Shown here: piece by piece, positions 28,586-42,175 of the stretch
Layout: each line of letters starts with the position of its first letter
Position numbering within the stretch: position 1 is the stretch's first letter
NCBI GenBank assembly: GCA_963664195.1
Contig: OY760907.1
Coordinates: 2,528,001 to 2,592,000, forward strand
Direction of reading: 5' to 3'
DNA length: 64,000 bases
Origin: an uncultured candidate division Zixibacteria bacterium
Lineage (GTDB): Bacteria > Zixibacteria > MSB-5A5 > GN15 > FEB-12
The notes under the pieces: generated by a model
Seen by the model: only the letters and a program-made list of their open reading frames with translations
What the model was told of the DNA's origin: nothing
The model's database searches: none
Program-made: the position numbers and the translations under genes

Positions 28586-28803
28586 CGACGGGCATGGGCC
28601 GTATGTTCCTGTGCCGTTTTGTGCGATTATATGGTGAAAGTCTGCGTAGGCAGCTCCCCCACCGTCAATGAAGAGGCGGGGAGAAGAATGGAATAAATGG
28701 CAGGATCACCACGGTCAGTAAACGTTCTCATCGAATTTTGTGATCCCCACAGGACAGGTACGTCTGCGTGGGTTTTCTCGATTATAGGTAGGAGGGTATA
28801 ACT

Positions 28804-31800
28804 TTGGGCCAGTCAGTGACGACCAGAACCAGTTACGCCAAAATTCCCGACGCTTGCGATATGCCCAATCTGCTTGACGTGCAGTTGCGATCCTATCACA
28901 GCTTTCTTCAGCTCGACAAAGCGCCGGATAAGCGCGAGCAGGTCGGGTTGCACGGCATATTCTCTGAGATATTCCCGGTTAGTGACGTTCATGAAAACTA
29001 TTCCCTGGAGTATGTCGGTTACCACCTGGGACCTACCCGGTATAGCATTGAAGAATGCCGCGAACGCAACATGACTTATGCCGCCCCGCTCAGGGTGACG
29101 ATGCGACTCATTGCCCGTCAGGGCGAGGGGGATGAAAAAGAAGTCAAGGACATCGTTGAACAGGACGTGTACCTCGGCGAACTGCCGATTATCACGCGCT
29201 GGGGCACGTTTATTGTCAACGGTGCCGAGCGTGTGACGGTGAGCCAGTTGCATCGTAGTCCGGGCGTGTTCTTTGACGAAGATATCCACCCGAACGGCAA
29301 GAAACTCAATTCCGCTCGCGTGATACCGTATCGTGGAAGCTGGGTCGAATTCAGCCTGGATATCAACGATATCATGTGGGTCTATATCGACTCCAAGCGC
29401 AAGCTGCCAGCGACGGCGATAATGCGTGCAATCGGATATTCGAGCGACGAAGAGCTTGTTGACCTGTACTACGATATCCAGAAGCTCAGCCTCACCGGTA
29501 AAAAGGCTCCCGAGTACGAAGGCGCATTCCTTGGCGAAACGATCATCGATCAGGAGACCGGCGAAATTCTGCATCCGGTCGGTACGCCGCTGACGGAGGA
29601 AGTGATCGATGAGATCAAGTCCAACGGTCACAAGTCGATTCGTATCGTGCCGGCAGAGAAGACGCGCAACGCGTACGTGATTCTGAACACGATCAAGAAG
29701 GACCCGACCAAGTCTCGTGAAGAGGCACTCGTCAAGATTTACTCGCTCATGCGTCCTGGCGAGCCGCCCACAATTGAGATGGCCGAGGGGCTGCTTGACA
29801 AGCTGTTTTTCTCGAACAAGCGTTATGACCTCGGCGAAGTCGGCCGCTATATGATCAACCAGCGGCTCAAGCTTGACATCCCGCTCGAACATACAGTCTT
29901 TGACAACCGGGATTTCGTTGCGATTACTCAGTACTTGATCGGGCTGTGTAACGATATTGGCTTTACGGACGATATTGACCATCTCGGCAATCGTCGTGCC
30001 CGTACGGTCGGTGAGCTGTTGGCCAACCTGTTTTCAGTCGGACTCTCCCGTGTCGCCCGTACGATTCGCGAGCGGTTGTCGCTGAAGGATCAGGAGAATG
30101 TCACGCCGCAGTTGCTGGTGAACGCCCGCACTGTTTCATCGGTAATCGAGAGCTTCTTTGGTTCTTCGCAGCTCTCTCAGTTCATGGATCAGACGAACCC
30201 ACTGTCAGAGCTGACGCACAAACGTCGTCTATCGGCTCTTGGTCCGGGCGGTCTGACTCGTGAAAGAGCAGGCTTTGAGGTGCGCGACGTGCACCATACG
30301 CACTACGGTCGTATGTGCCCGATTGAGACGCCTGAAGGTCCGAATATCGGCCTGATTACCTCGATGGCTACGTTTGCCCAGATCAACAAGTACGGATTCC
30401 TTGAGACGCCGTATCGCAAAGTCACCAAGGGCAGGGTCACCAAGGAGATCGTCTATCTGTCCGCAGATGAAGAAGACCGGTATCTTATCGCTCAGGCCAA
30501 TGAGCCCCTGGATGAAAAAGGCAACTTTGTCAACGATATCGTTACTGCCCGTCGCCGGTCGGACTACCCGCAGGTGAAGGCTGACGAGGTCGAGTATATG
30601 GACGTTTCCACGCGGCAGATTGTGTCGGTTGCGGCGTCGCTGATTCCGTTCCTTGAGCACGATGATGCCAACCGCGCGCTCATGGGCTCCAACATGCAGC
30701 GTCAGGCTGTGCCTCTTCTCAGGACCGAAGCTCCGGTGGTGGGTACCGGTATGGAAGAGCGTGTGGCGATTGATGCCGGTGTAGTGATTCGGGCCGAGCG
30801 ACCCGGCACCGTCAAGTATGCTGATGCCGAGCAGATTATCATCGAACCCAGTGTTTCGGTGGAGTCGGATTCACTCGGCTATATTGAAGATGACGTTTAC
30901 AAGCTGACGAAATACCGCCGCTCGAACCAGGACACCTGTATCAATTACCGCCCGGTAGTAAAGCCCGGCACCGTAATTAAAGAAGGCGACACGATTGCTG
31001 ACGGTCCGGCTGTTGACGACGGTGAACTTGCTCTTGGCAACAATACGCTGGTGTCGTTTATGCCCTGGCGCGGGTACAACTACGAGGACGCCATCATTCT
31101 CTCCGAGCGGCTGGTACACCGGGATATCTTCACCTCGATTCATATCGAGGAATACGAGCTGCAGGTTCGTGACACCAAGCGTGGAGCCGAAGAGATCACC
31201 CGCGAAATCCCGAACGTTTCAGAAGAAGCTCTTCTGAACCTGGACGACATGGGGATCATTCGTGAGGGTGCGGAGGTTGAGGCCGGCGATATTCTGGTTG
31301 GCAAGGTGACGCCGAAGGGTGAAACCGAGCTGTCTCCGGAAGAGCGTTTGTTGCGTGCTATCTTTGGTGAGAAGGCGGGCGACGTACGTGATGCCTCTCT
31401 GAAGGCGCCGCCAGGAATGAAGGGTGTGGTTATCAAGACCCGCCTATTCTCTCGCAAGGAGAAAACGGAGGAGGCCAAGCGGGTAGAGAAGAAAGAGCGT
31501 GCGGAGATCGATAAGACCTTCAACAAGATCATGCTCGATATCAGTCGTCGGCGTGCCCAGAGGCTGGGCGAGTTGCTTGATGGCCAGACTTCGCGTCTGG
31601 TTCGGTCGGCGATTGACAATTCCGTGCTTATTCGCTCCGGGCACAAGTACAAAGCGGATTTCTTTGAGAATTTCGAGATTGATAACGCAGTTGCAGCTAA
31701 TGGATTCTGTTCGGACGATGCCATCAACGAGAAGGTCGATAAGATCATCGCCGAGGCGGCAGAGATACTCGAGCAGAAGAAGCAGCAGCGGGAAATCGAG

Positions 31801-32571
31801 ATCGACAAGGCCGTGCGTGGTGCCGAACTTAATCCGGGTGTCAAGCAGCTCGTTAAGGTTACGATTGCGATTCGCCGCAAGATATCGGTCGGTGACAAGA
31901 TGGCCGGACGTCACGGTAACAAGGGTGTCGTCTCCAAGATTGTACCGGTCGAGGACCTTCCGTACATGGAAGACGGTACGCCGGTTGACATCATTCTCAA
32001 CCCGCTTGGCGTTCCGTCGCGTATGAACGTGGGACAGATTCTCGAAACGCACCTCGGCTGGGCTGCCAAGAAGCTGGGTCAGAAGATAGCCACGCCGGTG
32101 TTTGACGGTGCCTCGATCAAGGATATCAGGGACAAGCTCACCGAGGCCGGGCTGGAGACAGACGGAAAGCTCCAGCTATACGATGGCCGTACCGGCGAGC
32201 CGATTCGCAACCGAACCACTGTCGGTTATATATATGTTCTCAAACTCTCTCACCTTGTTGATGACAAGATTCACGCCCGGTCGATCGGTCCATACTCGCT
32301 GGTCACGCAGCAGCCGCTCGGAGGTAAGGCGCAGTTTGGTGGTCAGCGATTTGGTGAGATGGAAGTGTGGGCCCTTGAGGCGTACGGTGCCGCCTACACT
32401 TTGCAGGAGATGCTTACGGTCAAATCAGACGACGTTACCGGTCGCAGTCGCATTTATGAGGCGATTGTCAAGGGTGAGAACCCGCCGGAGCCGGGATATC
32501 CTGAAGCGTTTAACGTGCTGATTAAGGAACTTCAGGCGCTCGGTCTCGACGTGAAGTTGATCGAGAAGTAA
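28804..32571 (+). CDS. rpoB: RNA polymerase beta subunit
   Basis: [52 protein letters not shown]. Confidence 0.99.
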   Translation: MGQSVTTRTSYAKIPDACDMPNLLDVQLRSYHSFLQLDKAPDKREQVGLHGIFSEIFPVSDVHENYSLEYVGYHLGPTRYSIEECRERNMTYAAPLRVTMRLIARQGEGDEKEVKDIVEQDVYLGELPIITRWGTFIVNGAERVTVSQLHRSPGVFFDEDIHPNGKKLNSARVIPYRGSWVEFSLDINDIMWVYIDSKRKLPATAIMRAIGYSSDEELVDLYYDIQKLSLTGKKAPEYEGAFLGETIIDQETGEILHPVGTPLTEEVIDEIKSNGHKSIRIVPAEKTRNAYVILNTIKKDPTKSREEALVKIYSLMRPGEPPTIEMAEGLLDKLFFSNKRYDLGEVGRYMINQRLKLDIPLEHTVFDNRDFVAITQYLIGLCNDIGFTDDIDHLGNRRARTVGELLANLFSVGLSRVARTIRERLSLKDQENVTPQLLVNARTVSSVIESFFGSSQLSQFMDQTNPLSELTHKRRLSALGPGGLTRERAGFEVRDVHHTHYGRMCPIETPEGPNIGLITSMATFAQINKYGFLETPYRKVTKGRVTKEIVYLSADEEDRYLIAQANEPLDEKGNFVNDIVTARRRSDYPQVKADEVEYMDVSTRQIVSVAASLIPFLEHDDANRALMGSNMQRQAVPLLRTEAPVVGTGMEERVAIDAGVVIRAERPGTVKYADAEQIIIEPSVSVESDSLGYIEDDVYKLTKYRRSNQDTCINYRPVVKPGTVIKEGDTIADGPAVDDGELALGNNTLVSFMPWRGYNYEDAIILSERLVHRDIFTSIHIEEYELQVRDTKRGAEEITREIPNVSEEALLNLDDMGIIREGAEVEAGDILVGKVTPKGETELSPEERLLRAIFGEKAGDVRDASLKAPPGMKGVVIKTRLFSRKEKTEEAKRVEKKERAEIDKTFNKIMLDISRRRAQRLGELLDGQTSRLVRSAIDNSVLIRSGHKYKADFFENFEIDNAVAANGFCSDDAINEKVDKIIAEAAEILEQKKQQREIEIDKAVRGAELNPGVKQLVKVTIAIRRKISVGDKMAGRHGNKGVVSKIVPVEDLPYMEDGTPVDIILNPLGVPSRMNVGQILETHLGWAAKKLGQKIATPVFDGASIKDIRDKLTEAGLETDGKLQLYDGRTGEPIRNRTTVGYIYVLKLSHLVDDKIHARSIGPYSLVTQQPLGGKAQFGGQRFGEMEVWALEAYGAAYTLQEMLTVKSDDVTGRSRIYEAIVKGENPPEPGYPEAFNVLIKELQALGLDVKLIEK

Positions 32572-32629
32572 GTGTCGGATAGCAGAAAACATTGCCCCCG
32601 GTGGGGTTGTGGGATAAAAGGAGTAATCC

Positions 32630-35600
32630 GTGGTTGATTTCAACAGAACGCATGGCCAGCAGAAGAAGCCGTCTGATTTTGCAGCCATTCAGATTCAGAT
32701 CGCATCGCCGGAAGTAATCCTTTCCTGGTCATTTGGTGAGGTCACCAAGCCGGAAACGATCAACTATCGGTCGTTCAAACCGGAACGCGATGGTCTGTTT
32801 TGCGAACGGATCTTCGGTCCGGTGAAGGACTGGGAGTGCAATTGCGGCAAGTATAAGCGCATTCGTTTCCGCGGGATCGTCTGTGACCGCTGTGGTGTGG
32901 AAGTCACGCAGTCCAAGGTCCGCCGTGAGCGCATGGGCCATATTGAACTGGCCGTACCGGTTTCGCATATCTGGTATTTCAAGTCTCTGCCGTCAAGGAT
33001 CGGGCATATGCTCGATCTGTCGATCAGGGAACTTGAAAAGATTCTGTACTACGAAGCCTATATTATGATCGATCCGGGCAATTCCTCCTACGAGAGCGGC
33101 GATGTGCTTACCGAGGAGGAGTTTATCGACCTGGAAGAGGCCGGCAAGGAATTCGACGCCCGTATGGGTGCGGCTGCCGTACACGACCTCCTCGCGACTA
33201 TTGACATAGATGAGACGGTGGCCACGCTTCGCGCGCAGGTAAAGGTCGAGACCTCTGTACAGCGCAAGAAGGACACGCTCAAACGACTTCGGATTTTTGA
33301 ATCCTTCCGCCAGTCCCAGAACCGTCCGGAGTGGATGATCATGAAGGTTGTTCCGGTTATCCCGCCGGATCTTCGCCCGTTGGTGCCGCTCGAAGGCGGT
33401 CGTTTTGCGACCTCCGATTTGAACGACTTATACCGTCGGGTGATCAACCGTAACAACCGCTTGAAAAAGCTGATTGACATCCAGGCTCCTGAAGTCATCC
33501 TGCGCAATGAAAAGCGTATGCTGCAGGAGGCTGTGGATGCTCTGTTCGATAACGGTCGTCGTACGCATTCTGTGCGTGGTGACTCGAAGCGACCTCTCAA
33601 GTCACTGTCTGACCTGCTGAAGGGCAAGCAGGGCCGTTTCCGTCAGAATCTGCTCGGTAAGCGTGTTGACTATTCGGGCCGTTCGGTTATCGTGGTTGGC
33701 CCGGAGCTCAAACTGCACCAGTGCGGTCTACCGAAGAACATGGCCCTGGAGCTGTTCAAGCCCTTCATTATTATGAAGCTTGAAGAGAAGGGGTATGTCC
33801 AGACAGTCAAGTCCGCCAAGAAACTGGTGGAAAAGGAAAGGCCTGAGGTCTGGGATATTCTCGAGGAGATCATCGAAGACCACCCCGTGATGCTCAACCG
33901 CGCCCCCACGCTGCACCGTCTCGGTATCCAGGCGTTTTACCCGGTGCTGGTCGAGGGCAAGGCGATTCGTCTGCACCCGTTGGTCTGCGCGGCGTTTAAC
34001 GCTGACTTTGACGGTGACCAGATGGCTGTGCATGTGCCTCTGAGTTTTGAGGCTCAGCTTGAGGCTCGCGTGCTGATGCTGGCTACCAACAACATCCTGT
34101 TGCCGTCGTCAGGTCGCCCGATTGCCATTCCGTCGCAGGATATGGTGTTGGGTTGTTACTACCTGACCAAGATATACAAGGGCGGCAAGGGAGAGGGGAT
34201 GATCTTCCACAGCCGGGACGAAGTTCTTCAAGCGTTTGAATACAAACACGTTGACCTTCACTCGCCGATCAAGGTGCGTGAAGGGGGGCAACTGCTGGAG
34301 ACCACCCCCGGCCGGATCATATTCAACAACTCGCTGCCGAAGGAATTGCCGTATTTCAATGCTGTCGCCAAGAAGGGACAGATCGAACAACTGGTGCACT
34401 CGACTTACTGGCTCTGTGGTGCGTCGGAAACGATCAACTTCCTTGACCGTTTGAAATTCATGGGCTTCGAGTACGCTACGCTTGCCGGCGTGACGGTTTC
34501 GATCTCTGATCTTGTGGTTCCGGAAGAGAAAGATCACATGATCGCCGCGGCCGAGAAACAGGTCGAGAAAATTCAGAAGCAGTACGAGCGTGGATACATC
34601 ACGTTCGGTGAACGATACAACCAGGTTATTGACCTTTGGACCCGAACCACAAGTGAGGTGGCCGAGGAGATGTTCAACAACCTGGCTGCTCAGGATCAGG
34701 GTTTCAACCCGATCTTCATGATGGCCGACTCGGGCGCTCGTGGTTCCAAAGAGCAGATTCGTCAGCTCGCCGGTATGCGTGGTCTGATGGCCAAGCCGCA
34801 GAAGAAGATCACGGGTGGTGTTGGTGAAATCATCGAGACACCGGTTACCTCGAACTTCCGCGAGGGACTGACCGTGCAGGAGTACTTCATCTCCACTCAC
34901 GGTGCCCGTAAGGGATTGGCTGACACGGCCTTGAAGACGGCTGATGCCGGCTACCTGACACGTCGACTGGTCGACGTTGCGCAGGACGTAATCGTTCGCG
35001 AGATAGACTGCGGTACGATTATGGGCCTCGATGTTGCCGCCCTTAAGGAGGGTGAGGAAGTTATCGAGTCGCTGTCCGATCGTATCCTCGGTCGTGTGGC
35101 CCTGGAAGATGTCTACGATCCGATAACTGAAGAAATCCTGGTCGAAGCCGGCAAGGAAATCAAAGAAGCCGAGGCTACCGCTATCGAGGAAGCTCGTGTC
35201 GAGAGTGTCCGCATCCGTTCCGTGCTGACATGTGAATCCAAGTTCGGTGTTTGTGCCAAATGCTACGGTCGAAATCTCGGCAACATGCAGATGGTTGACA
35301 TCGGTGAAGCCATCGGCGTTATCGCCGCTCAGTCAATTGGTGAGCCGGGTACTCAGCTCACGCTGCGTACTTTCCACATTGGTGGTACGGCAGCGCGTAT
35401 CGCTGAGCAGTCGGTGGTTGACGCCAAGTACGACGGCACCATTTCACTCCAGAGTGTTACGGCCGTCGAGCGCGAGGGTGAGGCCTCTGTAATCACCAGT
35501 CGCGACGGAGTTGGTGAGGCTCATATCATCGATGCTGACGACCGCGTCCGCGCCCGCTTGAAACTGCCGTATGGTGCCCATTTGATGGTCAAGGACGGCC

Positions 35601-36730
35601 AGAAGGTCAAAAAGGGCGATACTATCTTCGAGTGGGATCCTTACACCGGTACCATCGTCTGTGAGCGCGAGGGCACCATTGAGTTCAAGGATGTCATCAA
35701 GGACCGCACGGTTCGTGAAGAAATCGACGAGCAGACCGGTCTTCGCCAGTTGAAGATCGTGGAACATCGCGACAAAACCCTGTTCCCGACCGTATTGATT
35801 AAGGGGGCCAGTGGCAAGACGGTAGCGAGCTATCGGGTTCCGACTGACGCTCAGCTTCAGGTGGAAGAGGGCAAGGAAGTGAAACCGGGCGACCACCTCG
35901 TTAAGATGCCGCGCATGATTTCCAAATCTCGCGATATTACCGGCGGTTTGCCGCGTGTAGCGGAGCTGTTTGAGGCTCGCCGTCCGCACGATCCGGCGGT
36001 CATCTCCGAGGTGGAGGGCGAAGTCGAATTCGGCAAGATCGTCCGTGGTCAGCAGCAGATCATCGTGACTGACGAGTCCGGTGAGACCTTCGAGTATTTG
36101 ATTCCTCACGGCAAGCATCTTATGGTTCACTCCGGTGACCAGGTGAGTGCTGGAGATCGGCTCTGCGAAGGTTCGGTCGATCCGCACGACATCCTCCGGA
36201 TTCTCGGTGTGTATGAGGTGCAGGCTTACCTGGTAAACGAGATTCAGGAAGTCTATCGTTTGCAGGGTGTGAAGATAAACGACAAGCATATTGAGATCAT
36301 TGTGCGCCAGATGTTGCAGAAAGTCGTGATCGACACACCGGGTGACACGAATTTCCTTGAAGGGGAAAAGGTCGACAAGATCAGGTTCCTCGAAGAGAAC
36401 TCACGGGTAATCGCCGAGGGTGGTGAGGCTGCTACCGCCGAGCCGCTGTTGCTCGGTATCACAAGGGCTTCGCTGTCTACCGAGAGCTTCATTTCGGCGG
36501 CCTCGTTCCAGGAAACCACTCGTGTGCTTACCGAAGCGGCGATTTCCGGCAAGGTCGACGATCTGCTGGGACTGAAGGAAAATGTCATTATTGGACACTT
36601 GATTCCGGCCGGTACGGGCATAGAGATGTACCGCGGTGTCAAGGTTGTTCACGACGAAGAAGAGAAACCAGAAGAGGTCGAAGAAGAGACTGCGCAGTCG
36701 GTGGCTGACATTTTTAAAGAAAATGCCTGA
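32630..36730 (+). CDS. rpoC: RNA polymerase beta' subunit
   Basis: Zn finger [31 protein letters not shown]. Confidence 0.99.
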   Translation: MVDFNRTHGQQKKPSDFAAIQIQIASPEVILSWSFGEVTKPETINYRSFKPERDGLFCERIFGPVKDWECNCGKYKRIRFRGIVCDRCGVEVTQSKVRRERMGHIELAVPVSHIWYFKSLPSRIGHMLDLSIRELEKILYYEAYIMIDPGNSSYESGDVLTEEEFIDLEEAGKEFDARMGAAAVHDLLATIDIDETVATLRAQVKVETSVQRKKDTLKRLRIFESFRQSQNRPEWMIMKVVPVIPPDLRPLVPLEGGRFATSDLNDLYRRVINRNNRLKKLIDIQAPEVILRNEKRMLQEAVDALFDNGRRTHSVRGDSKRPLKSLSDLLKGKQGRFRQNLLGKRVDYSGRSVIVVGPELKLHQCGLPKNMALELFKPFIIMKLEEKGYVQTVKSAKKLVEKERPEVWDILEEIIEDHPVMLNRAPTLHRLGIQAFYPVLVEGKAIRLHPLVCAAFNADFDGDQMAVHVPLSFEAQLEARVLMLATNNILLPSSGRPIAIPSQDMVLGCYYLTKIYKGGKGEGMIFHSRDEVLQAFEYKHVDLHSPIKVREGGQLLETTPGRIIFNNSLPKELPYFNAVAKKGQIEQLVHSTYWLCGASETINFLDRLKFMGFEYATLAGVTVSISDLVVPEEKDHMIAAAEKQVEKIQKQYERGYITFGERYNQVIDLWTRTTSEVAEEMFNNLAAQDQGFNPIFMMADSGARGSKEQIRQLAGMRGLMAKPQKKITGGVGEIIETPVTSNFREGLTVQEYFISTHGARKGLADTALKTADAGYLTRRLVDVAQDVIVREIDCGTIMGLDVAALKEGEEVIESLSDRILGRVALEDVYDPITEEILVEAGKEIKEAEATAIEEARVESVRIRSVLTCESKFGVCAKCYGRNLGNMQMVDIGEAIGVIAAQSIGEPGTQLTLRTFHIGGTAARIAEQSVVDAKYDGTISLQSVTAVEREGEASVITSRDGVGEAHIIDADDRVRARLKLPYGAHLMVKDGQKVKKGDTIFEWDPYTGTIVCEREGTIEFKDVIKDRTVREEIDEQTGLRQLKIVEHRDKTLFPTVLIKGASGKTVASYRVPTDAQLQVEEGKEVKPGDHLVKMPRMISKSRDITGGLPRVAELFEARRPHDPAVISEVEGEVEFGKIVRGQQQIIVTDESGETFEYLIPHGKHLMVHSGDQVSAGDRLCEGSVDPHDILRILGVYEVQAYLVNEIQEVYRLQGVKINDKHIEIIVRQMLQKVVIDTPGDTNFLEGEKVDKIRFLEENSRVIAEGGEAATAEPLLLGITRASLSTESFISAASFQETTRVLTEAAISGKVDDLLGLKENVIIGHLIPAGTGIEMYRGVKVVHDEEEKPEEVEEETAQSVADIFKENA

Positions 36731-36736
36731 AAGGCC

Positions 36737-36764
36737 TTGACAAAGTGAACGCTTTGGATAAATT
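36737..36764 (+). promoter_or_regulatory. Sigma70 promoter of str operon
   Basis: TTGACA-16 nt-TAAATT just after the rpoC stop. Confidence 0.6.
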
Positions 36765-36820
36765 GCGGGTCTGTTTTTTGATTCGATTTGCAATAGTTTG
36801 CTAGAGATTTAGGAGCGATT

Positions 36821-37195
36821 TTGCCGACCATAAATCAGCTTATTCGTAAGGGACGAAAGAGGATCGTCGAGAAGACCAAGGCTCCGGCTATGACCAAGTG
36901 CCCGCAGAAGCGCGGCGTTTGCACCAGAGTCTACACCTCGACACCGAAGAAGCCAAATTCGGCTCTTCGGAAGGTCGCCCGTGTTCGCCTGACCAATCAG
37001 ATTGAGGTCACGGCTTATATTCCGGGTGAAGGTCACAACCTTCAGGAGCACTCAATTGTCCTGATCAGGGGCGGTCGTATTAAAGATCTCCCGGGTGTCC
37101 GGTATCATATTATCCGTGGAACCATGGATACCGCCGGTGTCACCGAACGTAAGCAAAGCCGCTCCAAGTACGGGGCCAAGAGACCCAAGAAGTAG
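36821..37195 (+). CDS. rpsL: 30S ribosomal protein S12
   Basis: [28 protein letters not shown]. Confidence 0.99.
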   Translation: MPTINQLIRKGRKRIVEKTKAPAMTKCPQKRGVCTRVYTSTPKKPNSALRKVARVRLTNQIEVTAYIPGEGHNLQEHSIVLIRGGRIKDLPGVRYHIIRGTMDTAGVTERKQSRSKYGAKRPKK

Positions 37196-37211
37196 GCGGT
37201 AAGGGAAGAAG

Positions 37212-37682
37212 ATGTCCAGAAGAACGAAAGCAGAGAAGCGTGAACAGCGCGTCGACTTCAAGTTCAAAGACAGAATGGTTGCCCAGTTTGTCTCATGTCT
37301 CTTGAAGGGTGGCAAGCGCTCCACCGCCGAGAACGTATTTTACAGCGCCCTTGGCAAGCTCGAGGACAAATCCGGGTCGGAAGGCCTGGAAGTTTTCCAC
37401 AAGGCGATGAACAACGTCAAGCCGGTGCTTGAGGTTCGGTCCCGCCGTGTTGGTGGTGCTACCTATCAGGTCCCTGTGGAAGTCCGTGCGAATCGCCGGA
37501 CGGCGTTGGCTATCCGCTGGCTTATAAACTATTCGAAAGGTCGTGGAGAGAAATCCATGTCGGATAGGCTGGCGGCTGAGTTCTTGGCGGCTTCGAACAA
37601 CGAAGGCGCTTCGATTAAGAAAAAAGAAGATACACATAAGATGGCCGAGGCCAACAAGGCCTTTGCGCATTTCAGGTGGTAG
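37212..37682 (+). CDS. rpsG: 30S ribosomal protein S7
   Basis: EVRSRRVGGATYQVP, MAEANKAFAHFRW. Confidence 0.99.
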   Translation: MSRRTKAEKREQRVDFKFKDRMVAQFVSCLLKGGKRSTAENVFYSALGKLEDKSGSEGLEVFHKAMNNVKPVLEVRSRRVGGATYQVPVEVRANRRTALAIRWLINYSKGRGEKSMSDRLAAEFLAASNNEGASIKKKEDTHKMAEANKAFAHFRW

Positions 37683-37894
37683 TGCGCTGCTCTTTTAGGG
37701 CAGCCTGAACATAGGCGTCTGCAGGCTGGGCCTGCAGAAACAAGAGGGTTTTCTATTGAACACCCGCGAAATGTGACGCCGACGGTTTGGCATTCAAGGT
37801 TATTCCTACCCTGCTGATTGGAAAAACCATAAGTGTCACTGTTGGCAGTTATTGGTAATTGTAGCTTTTTGTAAGGATCAGTCAGGGATTTTTT

Positions 37895-39976
37895 ATGTCC
37901 GCTCAGGCGACATTGGACAAAGTCAGAAACATCGGGATCATGGCCCACATAGATGCGGGCAAGACCACGACGACTGAGCGTATTCTGTTCTATACAGGGG
38001 CTACTCACCGTATCGGCGAAGTCGATGACGGTGCTGCGACCATGGACTGGATGGAACAGGAAAAAGAGCGCGGCATAACTATTACCTCGGCTGCTACTAC
38101 CACTTTCTGGCGTGATCATACAATCAATATCATCGACACTCCCGGCCACGTGGACTTCACCGTTGAAGTAGAGCGTTCACTTCGCGTTCTCGACGGCGCC
38201 GTGGCGCTGTTCTGTGCCGTGGGGGGGGTCGAGCCGCAGTCCGAGACCGTCTGGCGTCAAGCTGACAAGTACCTGGTCCCCAGGGTCGCTTATATAAACA
38301 AGATGGATCGCACCGGGGCCTCCTTCGCCAATGCCCTGCAGATGATGAATGACCGATTTGCCACGAACTGTGTGGCAATTGCGATTCCGGCCGGCGAGGG
38401 CGAGATGTTTGCCGGTATCGTCGATTTGATGACTATGAAATTCCGGGTCTTCCACGAGGACTCGCAGGGTGTCACTTTTGATGACCTTCCAGTGCCGGAA
38501 GACATGATCGATTCGGCCAATGAATATCGCGAGCGCTTGCTCGAAGCGGTAGCCGATATAGACGACAAGCTTCTCGAACAGTTTCTGCACGACGAGCCGC
38601 TCGACCCCGAGAGGGTTATGACGGCAGTGCGACAGGCTACTATAGAGCTGAAGATGGTGCCCGTGCTTTGCGGCTCCTCATTCAAGAATAAAGGCATTCA
38701 GAAGCTTCTCGACGCCATCGTTGACTTCCTGCCGTCACCGCTGGATATGCCCGCGGTCAAGGGACATGATGTCAAGAACCCGGAAAAGGAAATCATCCGC
38801 AAGCCTTCGATTGATGAGCCGACATCGGCACTGGCGTTCAAGATCGTAACCGATCCTTACGTTGGTCGTTTGACCTATATGCGTGTCTATTCGGGCAAGG
38901 TAGAGGCGGGGTCGTACTTGCAGAACACTACTTCTGGTGTCAAAGAGAGAGTCGCCAGGATTCTACGGATGCACTCTAACAAGCGTGAAGACATCAAGAC
39001 TGCCTATGCCGGTGATATCGTGGCGGCGATCGGATTCCGCAAAACAACTACCGGTGACACTTTGTGCGATGCAAAGAAACCGGTTGTTCTCGAGCGCATG
39101 TCATTCCCCGAACCGGTCGTGATGGTTTCTATCGAGCCGAAAACTCAGGCGGACCAGGACAAACTGAGCGAGGCGCTGATCAAACTGGCCGAAGAGGATC
39201 CGACGTTCACCGTGAAGCAAAACGAAGACACCGGGCAGACGATCATTGCGGGAATGGGTGAGCTCCATCTGGAAATTCTTGCCGATCGCCTGGTGAGAGA
39301 GTTTGGCGTGCATGCGTCAGTCGGACGGCCCTCGGTTTCTTACAAGGAAGCCATCACTCGCGAAGTCGAGTGTGAAGGCCGATTTGTCCGCCAGACCGGC
39401 GGCAAGGGACAATATGGACACGTCAAACTTCGTCTCATGCCGACCGAAGATGGATCTAATTTCCAATTTGAAAACAAAACTATTGGCGGAGTCATTCCGC
39501 GTGAGTATATATCGTCCGTCGAGAAGGGCGTGAAAGAGGCTATGGGGAACGGCGTACTCGCCGGTTATCCCATGACCGGAGTTCGTTGCGAACTTTTTGA
39601 TGGCAGCTACCACGAAGTGGACTCCAATGAATTGGCTTTCAAAGTCGCCGGGTCCATGGCGTTCCAGCAGGGTGCCAGGCGAGCCGAGCCGGTCTTGCTT
39701 GAGCCGATGATGAATGTTGAAGTGGTGGTGCCTGATGCGTATGTTGGGGCTGTCGTCGGTGATCTGAATTCACGGCGCGGCAAAATTGGTGGCATGGTTC
39801 CCCGCGATGACGTGACTATTATCGCCGTCAGGGTGCCGTTATCGGAAATGTTCGGGTATGCCAACACTCTGCGAAATATCTCGCAGGGCAGGGCAGTGTT
39901 CTCGATGGAGTTCACCCGGTATGAGAAGATTCCGACGGACGTGTCATATAAAATGTTAAATAAGACTACTGTATAA
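37895..39976 (+). CDS. fusA: Elongation factor G
   Basis: [40 protein letters not shown]. Confidence 0.99.
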   Translation: MSAQATLDKVRNIGIMAHIDAGKTTTTERILFYTGATHRIGEVDDGAATMDWMEQEKERGITITSAATTTFWRDHTINIIDTPGHVDFTVEVERSLRVLDGAVALFCAVGGVEPQSETVWRQADKYLVPRVAYINKMDRTGASFANALQMMNDRFATNCVAIAIPAGEGEMFAGIVDLMTMKFRVFHEDSQGVTFDDLPVPEDMIDSANEYRERLLEAVADIDDKLLEQFLHDEPLDPERVMTAVRQATIELKMVPVLCGSSFKNKGIQKLLDAIVDFLPSPLDMPAVKGHDVKNPEKEIIRKPSIDEPTSALAFKIVTDPYVGRLTYMRVYSGKVEAGSYLQNTTSGVKERVARILRMHSNKREDIKTAYAGDIVAAIGFRKTTTGDTLCDAKKPVVLERMSFPEPVVMVSIEPKTQADQDKLSEALIKLAEEDPTFTVKQNEDTGQTIIAGMGELHLEILADRLVREFGVHASVGRPSVSYKEAITREVECEGRFVRQTGGKGQYGHVKLRLMPTEDGSNFQFENKTIGGVIPREYISSVEKGVKEAMGNGVLAGYPMTGVRCELFDGSYHEVDSNELAFKVAGSMAFQQGARRAEPVLLEPMMNVEVVVPDAYVGAVVGDLNSRRGKIGGMVPRDDVTIIAVRVPLSEMFGYANTLRNISQGRAVFSMEFTRYEKIPTDVSYKMLNKTTV

Positions 39977-39995
39977 AGCTGGAGGATCCGGACAG

Positions 39996-41201
39996 ATGGC
40001 GAAGGAGAAATTTGATCGCAGTAAGCCTCATGTAAATGTAGGCACTATCGGTCACGTTGATCATGGTAAGACGACGTTGACAGCGGCGATTACGATGGCA
40101 ATGGCGCAGAAGTTTTCGACGGAGATCCGTTCGTTTGACTCTATTGACAACGCGCCTGAAGAGCGAGAGCGCGGTATAACGATCGCTACGGCTCATGTGG
40201 AGTATCAGACGGAGCACCGTCACTACGCGCACGTAGACTGTCCGGGTCACGCGGATTACGTCAAGAACATGATCACGGGTGCCGCCCAGATGGACGGTGC
40301 GATTCTGGTGGTATCGGCCGCCGACGGTCCTATGCCTCAGACACGTGAGCACATTCTTCTGGCTCGCCAGGTAGGTGTTCCGTATATCATCGTGTACATG
40401 AATAAGGTTGATATGGTGGATGATCCGGAGTTGTTGGATCTGGTAGAGCTTGAGGTACGTGATCTGTTGAGCACGTATCAGTTCCCGGGCGATGACATTC
40501 CGGTGATTCGCGGATCGGCTCTTCAGGCCCTGACGGCCGGTACTTCAGGTGCTCCGATCGACGATCCAGCGTTCAAGTCGATTCACGAGTTGATGGATGC
40601 TTGTGACACGTACATACCTGAGCCGAAGCGTGAGACGGACAAGCCGTTTTTGATGCCTGTAGAGGATGTATTCTCGATCACGGGTCGAGGCACAGTGGCC
40701 ACGGGTCGTGTAGAGCGTGGTGTCATCAAGCAGGGTGAAGAGGTTGAGATCGTTGGTATCCGTGAGACCCGCAAGACGGTGGTTACGGGTGTAGAGATGT
40801 TCCGTAAGCTTCTTGATCAGGCTGAAGCGGGTGACAACGTCGGATTGTTGCTTCGGGGAGTAGATAAGGACTCGATCGAGCGCGGCATGGTGTTGGTGAA
40901 AAAGGGTTCGGTTCTTCCTCACACGAAGTTCAAGGCCGAGGTTTACGTGTTGACGAAGGAAGAGGGTGGTCGTCACACTCCGTTCTTCACGGGTTACCGT
41001 CCTCAGTTCTATTTCCGTACGACGGACGTGACGGGTGTTGCGACGTTGCCGGAAGGAGTCGAGATGGTGATGCCCGGTGATAACATAACGATGGACATAG
41101 AGCTGATCACGCCGATCGCGATGGAGCAGGAGCTTCGATTCGCGATTCGTGAGGGTGGCCGTACAATCGGCGCCGGCGTCATCGCTGAAATAAAAGAATA
41201 G
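39996..41201 (+). CDS. tuf: Elongation factor Tu (copy 2)
   Basis: Protein identical to copy 1. Confidence 0.99.
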   Translation: MAKEKFDRSKPHVNVGTIGHVDHGKTTLTAAITMAMAQKFSTEIRSFDSIDNAPEERERGITIATAHVEYQTEHRHYAHVDCPGHADYVKNMITGAAQMDGAILVVSAADGPMPQTREHILLARQVGVPYIIVYMNKVDMVDDPELLDLVELEVRDLLSTYQFPGDDIPVIRGSALQALTAGTSGAPIDDPAFKSIHELMDACDTYIPEPKRETDKPFLMPVEDVFSITGRGTVATGRVERGVIKQGEEVEIVGIRETRKTVVTGVEMFRKLLDQAEAGDNVGLLLRGVDKDSIERGMVLVKKGSVLPHTKFKAEVYVLTKEEGGRHTPFFTGYRPQFYFRTTDVTGVATLPEGVEMVMPGDNITMDIELITPIAMEQELRFAIREGGRTIGAGVIAEIKE

Positions 41202-41218
41202 GTACACGGTAGGCTGTT

Positions 41219-41527
41219 ATGGATGTTCAGAAAATAAGAATACGGCTGAAGGCGTACGATCACTATTCCCTTGATCGGTCGACCAAGGAAATTGCTAATA
41301 CCGTACTGCGAACCGGTGCCAAGATCGTTGGCCCGGTACCGTTGCCGACCAAACGCACCGTGTACACGGTTTTGCGCTCGCCTCACGTTGATAAGAAGTC
41401 GCGTGAGCAGTTTGAAACCCGTGTCCACAAACGCTTGATTGACATTTACAATTCGACTCCGCAGACGGTTGACGCCCTGATGAAGCTGGACCTGCCGGCC
41501 GGCGTTGACGTGGAAATCAAGACCTGA
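41219..41527 (+). CDS. rpsJ: 30S ribosomal protein S10
   Basis: [29 protein letters not shown]. Confidence 0.99.
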   Translation: MDVQKIRIRLKAYDHYSLDRSTKEIANTVLRTGAKIVGPVPLPTKRTVYTVLRSPHVDKKSREQFETRVHKRLIDIYNSTPQTVDALMKLDLPAGVDVEIKT

Positions 41528-41539
41528 TAGGTTAAGAAT

Positions 41540-42169
41540 ATGAAAGAGATTCTTGGCAGAAAACTGGGCATGACCCGCATCTTCGCAGATAGCGGTGAGG
41601 CCGTCCCCTGTACGGTTATCGAGGCTGGGCCCTGTCCGGTGATTGGTAAGCGAACACAGGAGAAGCACGGCTACGAGGCCTACCAGGTAGGCTTCGGTGT
41701 CCGCAAGAAAAACCGGATGAACAGGCCCATGAAGGGGCAGTTCGCGAAAGCCTCGGTCGATCCGACTCAGTTCCTTCGCGAAATCGGTTACGACGAAGCT
41801 GAGCTTGAAATCGGTTCCGAGTTGAAAGTCGGAATCTTCAAGACAGGCGAACGAGTCGACGTTACCGGCACCTCCCGTGGTTTGGGTTTCGCCGGTGGTA
41901 TGAAGCGTCACCATTTCAGTGGAGCGAACCAGACCCACGGTCAGTCCGATCGGTCGCGCGCTCCGGGTTCTATCGGACAGTCATCGTATCCCTCGCGTGT
42001 ATTCAAGGGACAGCGCATGGCTGGCCGCATGGGCAAAGATCGGGTTACGACGTTGAACCTGGTGATAGTGAAGGTTATCGAGGAAGAGAACTTGATGTTG
42101 GTGAAGGGCCCGGTGCCCGGACACAAAGGTGCTCTTCTGAAGATTCGCAAATCCAACCGCAGGCGTTAG
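41540..42169 (+). CDS. rplC: 50S ribosomal protein L3
   Basis: GRKLGMT, RAPGSIG, RVFKGQRMAG. Confidence 0.98.
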   Translation: MKEILGRKLGMTRIFADSGEAVPCTVIEAGPCPVIGKRTQEKHGYEAYQVGFGVRKKNRMNRPMKGQFAKASVDPTQFLREIGYDEAELEIGSELKVGIFKTGERVDVTGTSRGLGFAGGMKRHHFSGANQTHGQSDRSRAPGSIGQSSYPSRVFKGQRMAGRMGKDRVTTLNLVIVKVIEEENLMLVKGPVPGHKGALLKIRKSNRRR

Positions 42170-42175
42170 TGGGTA

